Source: an uncultured bacterium (GTDB lineage Bacteria > Verrucomicrobiota > Kiritimatiellia > RFP12 > UBA1067). Taken from it: DNA of 64,000 nt. Shown piece by piece: positions 1 to 9,356 of the stretch (position 1 is the stretch's first letter; every line of letters starts with the position of its first letter). Under the pieces are notes generated by a model. It ran no database searches, was not told where the DNA came from, and saw nothing but the letters and a program-made list of their open reading frames with translations. Where the stretch lies: assembly GCA_902764415.1 (NCBI GenBank), contig CACWVU010000009.1, positions 3,438-67,437 on the forward strand, written 5' to 3'. The translations under genes and the position numbers were made by a program.

Positions 1-481
1 GATGTCCCCTGCAATTTATAGTCGCATACTTTCATATCCTTGACTTCCGCCATAAACTCATCCAGACATTTCCTGTTTTTCGGTGAGTTATAAAAATCAG
101 ATAAATTCAACCCCGACATGAGCACATTTTTTTTTGTTTCAAAATACCAAATGCTCGTTCGCACATCCCCAGTTGGGCACCGAATTAAATATTTATCCTG
201 CAGCAGCAGCTCCAATGCCACGCTTTGCACATCTTTTGGATAATCATGCTTGTTGACAATCCACAAATCGTCAGCAATGCCACGAAAAACTACCTCTACT
301 GCGTTAGACTCTACACACCTTTCTTTTCTGAGCAAAGTCTTAATCGCCTCAATGTTGTGCTCCGCGCACAACTTGGAATACTCTCTATCACTTAGATTCC
401 CCAACTCGTCAGACCTCGCCGTCATTCCCCCGCAACACAACAAAATTAAATATGTCAAACCTACATATTTTTTTATCGCCA
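1..481 (-). CDS. Hypothetical lipoprotein-like protein, 3' end cut by window edge (absent from supplied ORF track)
   Basis: Own translation of the minus strand from ATG at 481-479 stays open to base 1: MAIKKYVGLTYLILLCCGGMTARSDELGNLSDREYSKLCAEHNIEAIK... Hydrophobic N-terminus with lipobox-like LLCCGG. Begins 2 nt after the stop (484-486) of the upstream gene. AT-rich relative to core. Confidence 0.45.
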
Positions 482-483
482 TT

Positions 484-1812
484 TCAGTTTCCTCCGTACG
501 TATTAACATTGTTTGTCGTTCTTCTTACCCATTTCCCAAATTTTCTTACAGTTACAGTGCCATCGCCCATCAATTCAAATTTCTGATTCCATCCACAAAG
601 GTCTTTCTCAATGCCACTACCAACAACCCTCCACTTCGCCGGAATGGGCCATTCAAAATTGCCACCGCCTAGCCAAGGCGCGGGAATTCCTGTTATTATC
701 GCAACATCCCAAGTTGACGGCCACTTATTTTCATAGTCAAGTGGGAACCACATGTCTGCACCATGCCCAATGTGTGATGGCGGAGGATTAACTTCCCAAT
801 ATCCAGTTGCGTTAACAGCATCTTTCCCGACCTCAACGCACTCCACATTATAAAAGGAAACAGTTTTGGGGCCAATATGAATTGGGTGCAATTTCATACC
901 CGCTCCAGATGAACCGACAGGCATACTATATACACCCGCAATTGTAGCATCTACAACCCCGCTAGGCTCAATTGTCGTAAAACTCTCCGACAAACTAATG
1001 CCTCTAACTACGCAGTTAACCGTAAACACCATAGCAGTTGCGGGTGCCGCTACACAAGTCGCACTGCCACGTATGGGAGAAATCGATGCCGCGCAATTCG
1101 CTGACCAAATCGCATCTGCAGTGGATGGAACAACAGCTCCATTCACCTCCTCGCCAACACCAAGAATCGTCCTGTTACGGTTTATAGGAATAGGAGACAC
1201 CGTCTCGAACAACAGCCTAAAAATCCTCACAATGCACGTGTCGGTATAATTCGTAACTATTCCCGACCGCGCCGTGACCGTATACTCGCCTGCCGTCAAC
1301 GCGTTTGGACTGAATGTTATCGAATTGCCGCGCCCGCTGATGCCGTCAGGGATACTTGACCAGACTGCCTCGCTGCCAGGGTAGCTGTCGTCCGTCAGCT
1401 TCAACGTGCAACTCGAAGCCTTCCAGCAGACATTCGTCTCGTCCGGCTCTATGTCAAGTTTCAGGACATAAACCCGTCCGGAAAACACGTCTTCGTTTCC
1501 AGATTCATCCTTGACCATGTACAAGCCACTCTCGCCAATGCCAAGATTCATCCTCCCGTTGGCGGGTATGACGAGATAATACGGACTGTTGGCCCTGACG
1601 CTGATGTCCGCCCTGAAAGACGGCTTGCCTACATTCCTCGTGGTGACATAGAAATCGGCCCCGACTGGAACGATGTCCTCCACCCCGTAGGTCGAACTGC
1701 TGACCGTGACATAGGCGTTCGCAGCCGTGACGGCTTGTGCATCGTAGCACAATAGCCCCACTGACAGCAAGGCGATTAAACTAAATCTCAGACTCCTCTC
1801 GTTGCGTAGCAT
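484..1812 (-). CDS. Secreted hypothetical protein
   Basis: ORF 484..1857. Internal Met at 1812 gives a classic signal peptide (MLRNERSLRFSLIALLSVGLLCYDAQA). No family recognised. Tightly packed with the next gene. Confidence 0.6.
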   Translation of the reverse strand: MLRNERSLRFSLIALLSVGLLCYDAQAVTAANAYVTVSSSTYGVEDIVPVGADFYVTTRNVGKPSFRADISVRANSPYYLVIPANGRMNLGIGESGLYMVKDESGNEDVFSGRVYVLKLDIEPDETNVCWKASSCTLKLTDDSYPGSEAVWSSIPDGISGRGNSITFSPNALTAGEYTVTARSGIVTNYTDTCIVRIFRLLFETVSPIPINRNRTILGVGEEVNGAVVPSTADAIWSANCAASISPIRGSATCVAAPATAMVFTVNCVVRGISLSESFTTIEPSGVVDATIAGVYSMPVGSSGAGMKLHPIHIGPKTVSFYNVECVEVGKDAVNATGYWEVNPPPSHIGHGADMWFPLDYENKWPSTWDVAIITGIPAPWLGGGNFEWPIPAKWRVVGSGIEKDLCGWNQKFELMGDGTVTVRKFGKWVRRTTNNVNTYGGN

Positions 1813-2073
1813 AGACTGACAAGGCCATTTTTGTGTTTTGTCGGTAGTATAGCACATTTCGATTTGGCCTGTAAAGCGGGCAACAGGAAAATCACGAATT
1901 ACAAATGGCCCCCGCAGCCCGGCTCCGCCGCGCCGCGCGGGCCATTTGCAATCGATTTGGCAGGTGCGCCACAGTCGTGCGCGCCATTTCCAGGCAATGC
2001 GCGGACACCCGACGGATTGCCGACGGGACCATTCCGAGCGTGTCTTGCGGGCAGCCCGGCCACCCGTTGCATT

Positions 2074-2400
2074 TCACAGCTTGAGGAACTCTCTGGACAT
2101 GTACCTGCGGGGGATTTCGTCGAGCGAGAGGACGATTCCCACGCGCATTATCGTATGGCGGATCAGCTCCGCCCATTTCACCTGCGTCATGTTCCTGTAT
2201 TTCTCCTTCTGCTGCATCGGCAGCAGACATCCGCTATTGAACAGCTGCCAGAGGTTGTGAGCTATCTGCATCAGCAGATATATGTTGCGGCTTGCCCTGG
2301 CCTTGTTGCAGAAGTTGTGCTCAAGCCCGTACCCTCCGTTCTTCTCGACGTGGAAGCTCGACTCGATGTCCCAGCGACGACACCCCCATTTCCCGATGTC
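2074..2400 (-). mobile_element. IS4-like (DDE_Tnp_1-type) transposase remnant, C-terminal part only
   Basis: The last 106 aa carry the hallmark GCRRWDIESSFHVEKNGGYGLEH (R-W-x-I-E-x-x-F block with the catalytic E of the DDE triad). No N-terminal DD half and no intact IS ends were seen. The 5' limit of the transposase-derived part is uncertain and may reach ~2700. Confidence 0.55.
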
Positions 2401-3444
2401 GTCGGCCTCCTTCCCGTCGCGCACCTCCAGGCTCGTGGCGAACTGCCCGCTGTACGGAGCCCCGTTGCTGTCGTCTTCCGCGACTTTCACGACGTTGAAC
2501 ACATGCCACTGGTCCGCGCCCCGCGTGATCTCGACGCCTGTCGCCCACGCGACCCTGCCGCACTCCACGCGCCTGCCGTGGGAGTCGTGTCTTACAAGCT
2601 TGCCCGAGCTCGACGGGTTCTGCTCCATCAGGTCGCGCGGCTCGCAGGTGATGGACACCGCGACAAGGGCATTCGTCCCGTCCTCGGTCCACCGCCCGTC
2701 CGCCGCGTCCGCGACATAGGGGATGAACGCGCCCTCGGACTCCTCCTTGTCCTCGCCCGCGCCGCCGATTGAGACGTCCACCTTCACGACCGTGAAGTTC
2801 GTCGTGCATGTGGCTGAGTCCGAGTGCCCGGAACCGTCGGAAACCGTCGCCGACACCGTCAGCGGCTCCGCCAGGAACGCGGCGCTGGCGGTGTCGTTGC
2901 TGGGCGCGAAGTAGCTCGCCTCCGCCGTGTCCGTGCGCCCGGTGAACGAGCAGATGCCGCAGTCCAACCAGGAATAGGACGTGCCGTCCGCAGCCGGATC
3001 GACTACCGCGCTCGCCGACCTCACGACACGGCTTTCCCGCCCTTCGTCGGTCCGGACGAGTCCGAGATAGTCTTCGCGGCGGATCGACAGCTCGTGGACG
3101 TCGACAACGGAATTGGTTGCCGCGCTGCAGACGCACCGGGAACAGCCATTGGATCCGACCACGCGGAAGGATATCCTCTGCCCCACGCCCTTGGCCATCG
3201 GCCCGGCCCAGACCGAAGCCGGAACGACGACGCCGGCGCCGGCCGCCCTCCAGCCATAGGACGTCGGATACGTGTCGATGTATTCCTTCACCACCTGTGG
3301 GTTGTGCGTGGCTCCGCATATCGGGCACGGGTGCCATGTCGTCACGATCACATGCACCCCGTTGGTCACCACCTCCACTGCCGAAGAAACCGAGACCTCC
3401 GTGTTGGTCTCCGGGAGCGCGTACAGCCTGAAAAGGAACTTCAC
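2074..3444 (-). pseudogene. Chimeric ORF: surface-protein-like N-terminal part fused in frame to a DDE transposase C-terminal fragment
   Basis: GTG start lies 6 nt downstream of a TGGTATAAT box, inside direct-repeat copy A. The N-terminal ~250 aa are Cys-rich, then S/T/D-rich and beta-like (TVSATVSDGSGHSDSATCTTNFTVVKVDVSIGG). The C-terminus is transposase-derived (next feature). These parts would not normally belong to one protein. Confidence 0.45.
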
Positions 3445-3522
3445 GCGCGAATTATACCATAATAGCGGTCAGAGGTATTTGGCGGTGAAGGACTCTTTGC
3501 AGGCGCGGACCTTGTCGATCGG
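3433..3522. repeat. Direct repeat copy A (90 bp): displaced uvrA 3' end (17 codons + stop), promoter, and first 4 codons (MKFL) of the downstream ORF
   Basis: Aligns base for base with 9345..9434 (offset 5912 bp) with 6 mismatches in 90. The minus strand of 3469-3522 reads [17 protein letters not shown], against the genuine uvrA end [17 protein letters not shown]. Confidence 0.9.
3451..3459 (-). promoter_or_regulatory. Extended -10 promoter TGGTATAAT, leaderless layout (6 nt to GTG at 3444)
   Basis: Plus strand attatacca. One of 14 copies of the same motif in the window. Confidence 0.5.
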
Positions 3523-3604
3523 AACTGCGAGGGAACGCCTCGGCGAGCATTTCAAATGCCAAAGACGCCAACAATAACAGACAACCAAGAGTTTTCATGC
3601 AAAG

Positions 3605-4588
3605 TTACTGCTTTTTGTTTAGATTGCGAAGAACAGCACGTAGAGAAGTGCCGTCTTCAATATTGGTATTGTTTTCAATCGGATTAAAACACCCATCGCT
3701 CAAGATCATGAACTCGGTATCGGACATCCATCGTCCAAGTATTTTCCCATAATGTGCTCCTGTTAAATGGCCTTGTTCGTCCACACGTGTACGCGTGCGA
3801 AACACTAAATACGAGTCGCTGTCAAGAAAATCCCAGTGTCTCGGCTGACCAGGACTTTGTTCGCTCACAAAGGAAAATGATGTTCGATATGTTGCATTTG
3901 AATTGGCTTCATATTCCGTTGTCAATCTCGAGGACTTGTCCTCTTTCATCAGATATGCACCGGCATAAGGATTATTCGTAAAAGATACATCCATAACATA
4001 TCTGTAATCATGCATGCCTCTTTCTTCCGAAGAAAACCTTAGCAGCACATCACAATTGCGTCCTTTCCCATATGGATAAGCCCAGTCGGCATATTCAAAG
4101 TCAAACCCAATCCATTTGTTAAATTCCGGGATGTGGCAACTGCGTAGCGAATCAGGGAATGCGCTAAGTTCTCCTGGATTTCGTATTTCTTTAAGTACTA
4201 CAGTTCGTTTTTCTCCATAAGGCAACCATTTCCCATCGGCTATCTGTGGCATAGCTTCTTTGATAGGATACGATATGGAGAACTCAGACGGATAGTATCC
4301 GCGTTTCCTAATGCCGCATCTAAGTCTGTGCGTACACTTCCCAATAACAACGTAGTCACCGTTCGTGTTGGTCGCGCCTTCTATCGAAGAAAAGTCGTTT
4401 AAACTATCGCCCGTTTGCATTCCGCCACGCAACCTGGCCTGCGGAACAGGATTCCCATTGGAATCCACAACATGCAAACAGATATTCACCTTTGCCCCAT
4501 TACGGGTCGCGTTGTAAAGTGTCAAATCCGGCTGTGCCGAAATCGCCATCAACGGAATGACGGCAAAGATGCGAAACGCTGTTTTCAT
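3605..4588 (-). CDS. Secreted hypothetical protein, paralog family B (copy 2)
   Basis: ORF 3605..4672. Met at 4588 gives signal peptide MKTAFRIFAVIPLMAISAQP. Shares motifs with the 5702..6772 product: KRGYYP/KGYYE; GFDFEYADWAYPYGKGRNCDV/KFDFLEGDWLPPHGVGKYSDM; FRTRTRVDEQGHLTGAHYGKILG/FRVRSRYDDMGNLIEAYYGKIYG. Confidence 0.65.
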   Translation of the reverse strand: MKTAFRIFAVIPLMAISAQPDLTLYNATRNGAKVNICLHVVDSNGNPVPQARLRGGMQTGDSLNDFSSIEGATNTNGDYVVIGKCTHRLRCGIRKRGYYPSEFSISYPIKEAMPQIADGKWLPYGEKRTVVLKEIRNPGELSAFPDSLRSCHIPEFNKWIGFDFEYADWAYPYGKGRNCDVLLRFSSEERGMHDYRYVMDVSFTNNPYAGAYLMKEDKSSRLTTEYEANSNATYRTSFSFVSEQSPGQPRHWDFLDSDSYLVFRTRTRVDEQGHLTGAHYGKILGRWMSDTEFMILSDGCFNPIENNTNIEDGTSLRAVLRNLNKKQ

Positions 4589-4700
4589 TGCATGTCTCCT
4601 CTTGTTACGAGTTGTTCGTAAAGTTTGTACACATAGAAATACGCCATGTCTTTCATGTCGGAATGAAGCCACGACTCTTCATTCCCCTTCATTCCCCCAA

Positions 4701-5624
4701 TTAAGGTTTCCTACGACCTTTTAAGGTCGCACCACTTTGTTCTCTTTCAATAGTTCTTCTTAATGCCGAGACAACATCATCCATGTTCGCCGCAGCCAGT
4801 TTAGGCACGAAATGATGCGATTCGTTGAGCAGCCGTAACGCGACATCTCTTCTCCGACACTCCATTGCGCCACAGACCATGTGATCATCCAATAACGCTA
4901 GCGACAGCCACGCACCTACCCCCGTAATTTCACCTGATTGACTGAATATCTTAAATTGTTTCGTTTCGTTTCCATCTGACGTAATTGCGCCACTGCCATA
5001 CACTATGTGCCTTGCGGCGCGTACATCTGCGAAATCAACGGCTGTCGCCTCCACAGTTAAAGCTTGATTCCGTGCTATACTCTTGGCTATCTGCCTTGCC
5101 CTATACAGCACTTCCCTTCTCTCGCCACAGACACTTACCAAAAACATTCCAGCCGTGAAACAAACGAACTTCGGCTGTTCAGCAGTCACAAACTCCGACA
5201 GAGCCGAATCCCAGTGTTTTTCACGAACGCATATGTCCCCAATGTCACCAAAGACGTCCATTTCCATCCTGGACAGCAGCAATTCCTTTGGCATTGAAGA
5301 GTTTGTTATTTCCGCGTAAAAACCCGAATACAATCTCGCACAAGTCGCAAACCTCATTATGCGTCCGCGCACAAGCGTGTTCGTCATTTTATCAGCCACC
5401 TTAAATTCAACGCCTATCCCTGAAGATGCTTCACGATGAATCGACGCCCATTGTTCGAGGACGTTGGTTGCCATAACACGCCCAGACACGAGAAACTGCC
5501 AACTCACGACTTCGCTGGACACACCAATTTGTTGAGCATCCCCATTGTCTTGCGAATAGCCTAAACATGGCAGCGCCAAACCGACAGTCAACATCAAAGC
5601 CCTGGGCAATAGATTTTTCTTCAT
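4701..5624 (-). CDS. Secreted/lipoprotein-like hypothetical protein (family A-like, copy 2?)
   Basis: N-terminus MKKNLLPRALMLTVGLALPCLGYSQ. Weak resemblance to the 7410..8135 product (NSSMPKELLLSRM..GDIGDICV vs TTSMPQDFMLGRL..LVGEFCI). No family recognised. Confidence 0.6.
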   Translation of the reverse strand: MKKNLLPRALMLTVGLALPCLGYSQDNGDAQQIGVSSEVVSWQFLVSGRVMATNVLEQWASIHREASSGIGVEFKVADKMTNTLVRGRIMRFATCARLYSGFYAEITNSSMPKELLLSRMEMDVFGDIGDICVREKHWDSALSEFVTAEQPKFVCFTAGMFLVSVCGERREVLYRARQIAKSIARNQALTVEATAVDFADVRAARHIVYGSGAITSDGNETKQFKIFSQSGEITGVGAWLSLALLDDHMVCGAMECRRRDVALRLLNESHHFVPKLAAANMDDVVSALRRTIEREQSGATLKGRRKP

Positions 5625-5701
5625 AGCATCAAAAGGGTCAGGTCACGGTACGGACGAAATCCAGTCTGCACTTGCCAACGTCTAAAGACAAGCATATGCA
5701 G

Positions 5702-6772
5702 TTATGGTTCTGGCCAACGCACTCCAATCGGTTCGTAATCCATGCGTAGTGGCTTTGTGCAAAGGTTGTTCTTCATGTCCCATTCAAGATTGCGGTCAAG
5801 TGATGTTGGGTTCAGATAATACAGGAAACTCGCGCCATTGAAACCGCTTTTGTCCGTCCCCCTGAATCTGAAATCGCCGTATATCTTGCCATAATACGCT
5901 TCAATAAGGTTACCCATGTCGTCGTATCTTGACCTAACACGAAAGCAGTAGCAGCAATCATCGTTGCTTTCCGTATAGTACTCAGGATATATTACAGGCC
6001 CTGATGTATTCTTCTTTCGTCGTCCAAATTGCATGACCTTTTCGGAAACATAGCCCGACTCTGGCGCAGTCCTGACTCTTATGCCACAGTTGGAACCTCT
6101 GACAGACTTTTCGACAAGGCCATTCCCCTTGCCAGGAAACTCAATCGCTGAAATGAAATCGTAGAATGTTGTCTTGTGACTTCTCCATATGTTCAATGCT
6201 TCGCCGACTTCCAGTTTCGTTGTGATCGTCATATCCGAATATTTACCTACTCCGTGTGGAGGCAGCCAATCACCTTCCAGAAAATCAAACTTCAACACGG
6301 CGTTGGTTCCGTCGAATCCTCCAACACTTTCGCGTCGGCCGTCCAATATGACACGATTGACATATAACGGAATGGGATGCGCCACGCGTTGAAGGGCTAC
6401 CGTGACGACAACATCCTCTGGTTGCCAGATTCTCAACAACGATCTTCTTGTATATTTCGTTCTTCCGCCATGTGCCGCTTCGTAATAACCTTTGGGTGCC
6501 TTATCAACCCAAATACTACTTCTGCCACAGTTTGTCTTTCCTGAAAGCCGACAAAAACCTTGCTTGTCCGTGAATCCCTCTGCTATGTCTGGATTAGCTG
6601 ATTCAGACCAAGCACGCCATCCAATGTCATCTTCAAAGTTTGCAACTATCTTTGCATCCGGCAAAGGAACATGGTTAACTGCATCCTCGACATAGATACT
6701 CAGATATGCTCTGTCGGCTCTTGCAAGGTAACATGCTAACACTACGTTGAACACTAGTATTGTCTTTTTCAC
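5702..6772 (-). CDS. Secreted hypothetical protein, paralog family B (copy 1)
   Basis: ORF 5702..6835. Preferred start is GTG at 6772 (VKKTILVFNVVLACYLARA, signal-like), overlapping the upstream stop as GTGA. Motifs shared with the 3605..4588 product. Confidence 0.6.
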   Translation of the reverse strand: MKKTILVFNVVLACYLARADRAYLSIYVEDAVNHVPLPDAKIVANFEDDIGWRAWSESANPDIAEGFTDKQGFCRLSGKTNCGRSSIWVDKAPKGYYEAAHGGRTKYTRRSLLRIWQPEDVVVTVALQRVAHPIPLYVNRVILDGRRESVGGFDGTNAVLKFDFLEGDWLPPHGVGKYSDMTITTKLEVGEALNIWRSHKTTFYDFISAIEFPGKGNGLVEKSVRGSNCGIRVRTAPESGYVSEKVMQFGRRKKNTSGPVIYPEYYTESNDDCCYCFRVRSRYDDMGNLIEAYYGKIYGDFRFRGTDKSGFNGASFLYYLNPTSLDRNLEWDMKNNLCTKPLRMDYEPIGVRWPEP

Positions 6773-7389
6773 TGGCTTTCTCCCGCTACGATTTTGTGGA
6801 ATATGAAATTGACATAAAAGAAGGCTACATTGCAAATGTCAGAATGATGCCATTGACGACGTCGCTGGACAATTCGCTCTGAAGGCCAGTATGACAATCC
6901 GTCGGGGGAAAGCTCTATGTTTCCATCAAGTACATTCACAATCGGATTTCTCCCCGCCGCGAAACTTGTCGCGGGTATTCCGTCACCCATGACCTTGTTC
7001 AATTCCGTTTGAGCAATTGAAATAGGATTTGTCTGGTGAAGCAAGGCATTGTCGAACTTGCGGAATAATATCGCGCGTTGGCGGAACTGCCTGGCGACGG
7101 ATCCCAGCTCGCCGTTGCCGGGGATGTACACGACCATAGGAAGCGGGTTCATCCCCACGGGCTTCGGGGTGAAGAGCAGCGCCTGGACTGCATTCGTCGG
7201 GTTGCAGTTCTCGTACGCGCGGAGGGAATAGAGCGCCATCTCCGCATTCGCCTCAGCCGACACTGCAAGCGGACGTACATTAGTCATCGGTGGCTTCATA
7301 TGTGACGCGGCAAAAGCCGTCACTTGCAATAACGCAACCGACAGAAGCGGCATCGCAGCACAAATTCGAATCATCATCCCCCACCCCAT
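6769..7389 (-). CDS. Exported hypothetical protein with alpha/beta-hydrolase-like N-terminal fragment (possibly truncated)
   Basis: Signal-like MMIRICAAMPLLSVALLQVTAFAAS. LLFTPKPVGMNPLPMVVYIPGNGELGS resembles the strand/oxyanion region of esterase/peptidase-type hydrolases. No GxSxG nucleophile motif follows. Confidence 0.35.
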   Translation of the reverse strand: MGWGMMIRICAAMPLLSVALLQVTAFAASHMKPPMTNVRPLAVSAEANAEMALYSLRAYENCNPTNAVQALLFTPKPVGMNPLPMVVYIPGNGELGSVARQFRQRAILFRKFDNALLHQTNPISIAQTELNKVMGDGIPATSFAAGRNPIVNVLDGNIELSPDGLSYWPSERIVQRRRQWHHSDICNVAFFYVNFIFHKIVAGESQ

Positions 7390-7409
7390 TTCTGCATTTC
7401 ATGCCCGAC

Positions 7410-8135
7410 TCAATGACCATCGCCTCCACGATTCCCTTTTGACGCCCACTTCCTGCATTCCTCTACCGAAGTGCCTTTTGCGTTCACACGCAGCGCAGCA
7501 TCCTCCATGCCTGAACCGGGCGGAAGGCTGCTCGCCTCCCGAAGAAGCGTGTCAAACGCAACTGCGACACCGTATAAACCCAGCTCTCTGCATCCTGCAG
7601 CATTTTCGGGGGATCCAAGCAGCGACAACGCCTTTCCGTTTCTGGCGAAGAGAATTAAATCACTACCAATCATATCCGCCTCGATCAGCTCCGTCCTGCC
7701 GCCGCCAACCCGGGCTATGCAAAATTCACCGACAAGGTTTGTTGATACGCCAAGTCTGCCAAGCATGAAATCCTGCGGCATTGAAGTGGTGAAGTGTTGC
7801 CGTAACATGGCATTCGCCGACTCACCAGGCAAAGACGACTCCCACAGGATTCCACTAACAATACGCTTCCCGCTTCTTGTGCATACGGTAAACTCGGTGA
7901 CGCTGGAGTACTTATTCTCTTCAGTGCGCAACTCAGACACATCATAGTCAAACAGCAGAAATCTCTGCTGTTTATGAGTGAACATGGGGCTTCCCTTGCG
8001 AAATGCTCCATTGTTGCGCAAAGCAAAATGGTCGACCGTCTTTTCGCGACAAACATCAAACGGATCTATAGTTTTGTCATTGGCAAAGAGAACCGCGCTG
8101 ACGGCCAGAATCGTGAACATTGGCGTGAATCTCAT
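7410..8135 (-). CDS. Secreted hypothetical protein (family A-like, copy 1?)
   Basis: Signal peptide MRFTPMFTILAVSAVLFANDK. No family recognised. Confidence 0.6.
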   Translation of the reverse strand: MRFTPMFTILAVSAVLFANDKTIDPFDVCREKTVDHFALRNNGAFRKGSPMFTHKQQRFLLFDYDVSELRTEENKYSSVTEFTVCTRSGKRIVSGILWESSLPGESANAMLRQHFTTSMPQDFMLGRLGVSTNLVGEFCIARVGGGRTELIEADMIGSDLILFARNGKALSLLGSPENAAGCRELGLYGVAVAFDTLLREASSLPPGSGMEDAALRVNAKGTSVEECRKWASKGNRGGDGH

Positions 8136-8150
8136 TAATTTCCCTCCTGT

Positions 8151-9356
8151 TTATTTGACAACCTGGACAGAAGTTGTGTAAATATTGCTTATTGTCCCGG
8201 CAGCATTTGCTTCGCTTGTCGTCGAGACATCAATGGCAACAGACACATATCCCACCTCGTCTAGAGAGCCAAGCTGCGGTCCAGCACAGGCATCAAACAC
8301 CTTTCCGCTCAACGAGACAAACATATGATTCAGAAATCTAGAGCGTTCCGGCTCCACAAGGTCAACACCTGTAAGTTTCTCGTTGTTGTATAAAGGGTAA
8401 AAGGGATTATTGCACATTCCCTCTCCAACGAGATTCAAAGGATTAATGTAACCAAATGGCATCATAAATCGACAATGCGCATTCACCCCAAACAAACGGG
8501 CGAGCGTAGCTACTCCGCCCGCCTGATCATAGCAGTTGACAACATTTCCACTTGTGTTGTGCTTCAAAGATGACTTGTTCATGTACTCCGTCAACCTGAA
8601 CTCAATTACGCCCGCAGTGCTCGACATATATTTCGGGCGCCCGGCCCCTGCAATTGCATTCGTCGCAACACCGATGTCGTACGTCAGCCCGTGCCCGCTG
8701 TGCAGATATGTCGTAATCGCCGCGAGCGCAGCCTTGTCCGTGTTTTTCCCCTGAGCGCCCGCCTTGACGATCGCGAACTCCAGCGCGTTCGTCCATGCGT
8801 TCTTCTGATTGCCGTAGTCGTTGGCCCAAGGCGGCTTGGGCTCGCCGAGTATCGTGTAGACGAGATGCGGGCCCGAGTCGTTCATCTTGCAGCCAGACTG
8901 GCCATTGACACTGTCCGCCGACCAATTCAAAACTCCCCCGCCGCTTCGGTCTATGCAGCCGAGCGTCCTGCTCGACATCGCGAACTCAACATATTCCGGC
9001 GACGAAACTCCCCCCGAAAACGCGATGTTTGTCGGCAGAAGGCTGGAAAGCGAACCGCCTGCCCCGGCACATGTCGCCCGTATCACTGCAGAAGTTATGA
9101 AGCCAGACGCCTCGAACCTCGCCTTCACGGTCGCCGCGCGGTTTGTCGTGTAGCAGAACGGTTCGTTCGTCACGACGCCGCCGGACTCAAACCACTCCCC
9201 GTCGGAAACGTCGATCCCCTCCGCATACGACCTTCTTATATTGATTGCATCACAAGTCGAAGATCCGGTGTCGTGGTTGAACTTGATGTTCGTCACGCGG
9301 AGCTTAACGCTGGTAAACTTTGCGACATCGACCGCGCCGCTTCTAAGGAACTTCAT
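8151..9356 (-). CDS. Hypothetical protein with putative transglutaminase-like Cys-His-Asp core
   Basis: ATG lies 6 nt after TGGTATAAT (leaderless layout). VVNCYDQAGGVATLARLFGVNAH ... FLNHMFVSLSGKVFDACAG has the order and spacing of transglutaminase-like cysteine peptidase cores (C, then H, then D). No signal peptide seen. The assignment is tentative. Confidence 0.6.
   Translation of the reverse strand: MKFLRSGAVDVAKFTSVKLRVTNIKFNHDTGSSTCDAINIRRSYAEGIDVSDGEWFESGGVVTNEPFCYTTNRAATVKARFEASGFITSAVIRATCAGAGGSLSSLLPTNIAFSGGVSSPEYVEFAMSSRTLGCIDRSGGGVLNWSADSVNGQSGCKMNDSGPHLVYTILGEPKPPWANDYGNQKNAWTNALEFAIVKAGAQGKNTDKAALAAITTYLHSGHGLTYDIGVATNAIAGAGRPKYMSSTAGVIEFRLTEYMNKSSLKHNTSGNVVNCYDQAGGVATLARLFGVNAHCRFMMPFGYINPLNLVGEGMCNNPFYPLYNNEKLTGVDLVEPERSRFLNHMFVSLSGKVFDACAGPQLGSLDEVGYVSVAIDVSTTSEANAAGTISNIYTTSVQVVK

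Noticed and set aside
250-1249. Plus-strand ORFs 250..672, 513..791 and 998..1249 in the left accessory block.
   Set aside because: They overlap the better-supported minus-strand genes (signal peptides, tight operon spacing) and have no start context or motifs.
1902-1948. Perfect 10-bp inverted repeat caaatggccc-N27-gggccatttg downstream of the transposase-tail ORF. I considered it as an IS terminal repeat or a terminator.
   Set aside because: It is a single hairpin with a large GC-rich loop, has no T-tract on the minus strand, and no matching partner sequence is found elsewhere in the window. Its function cannot be decided.
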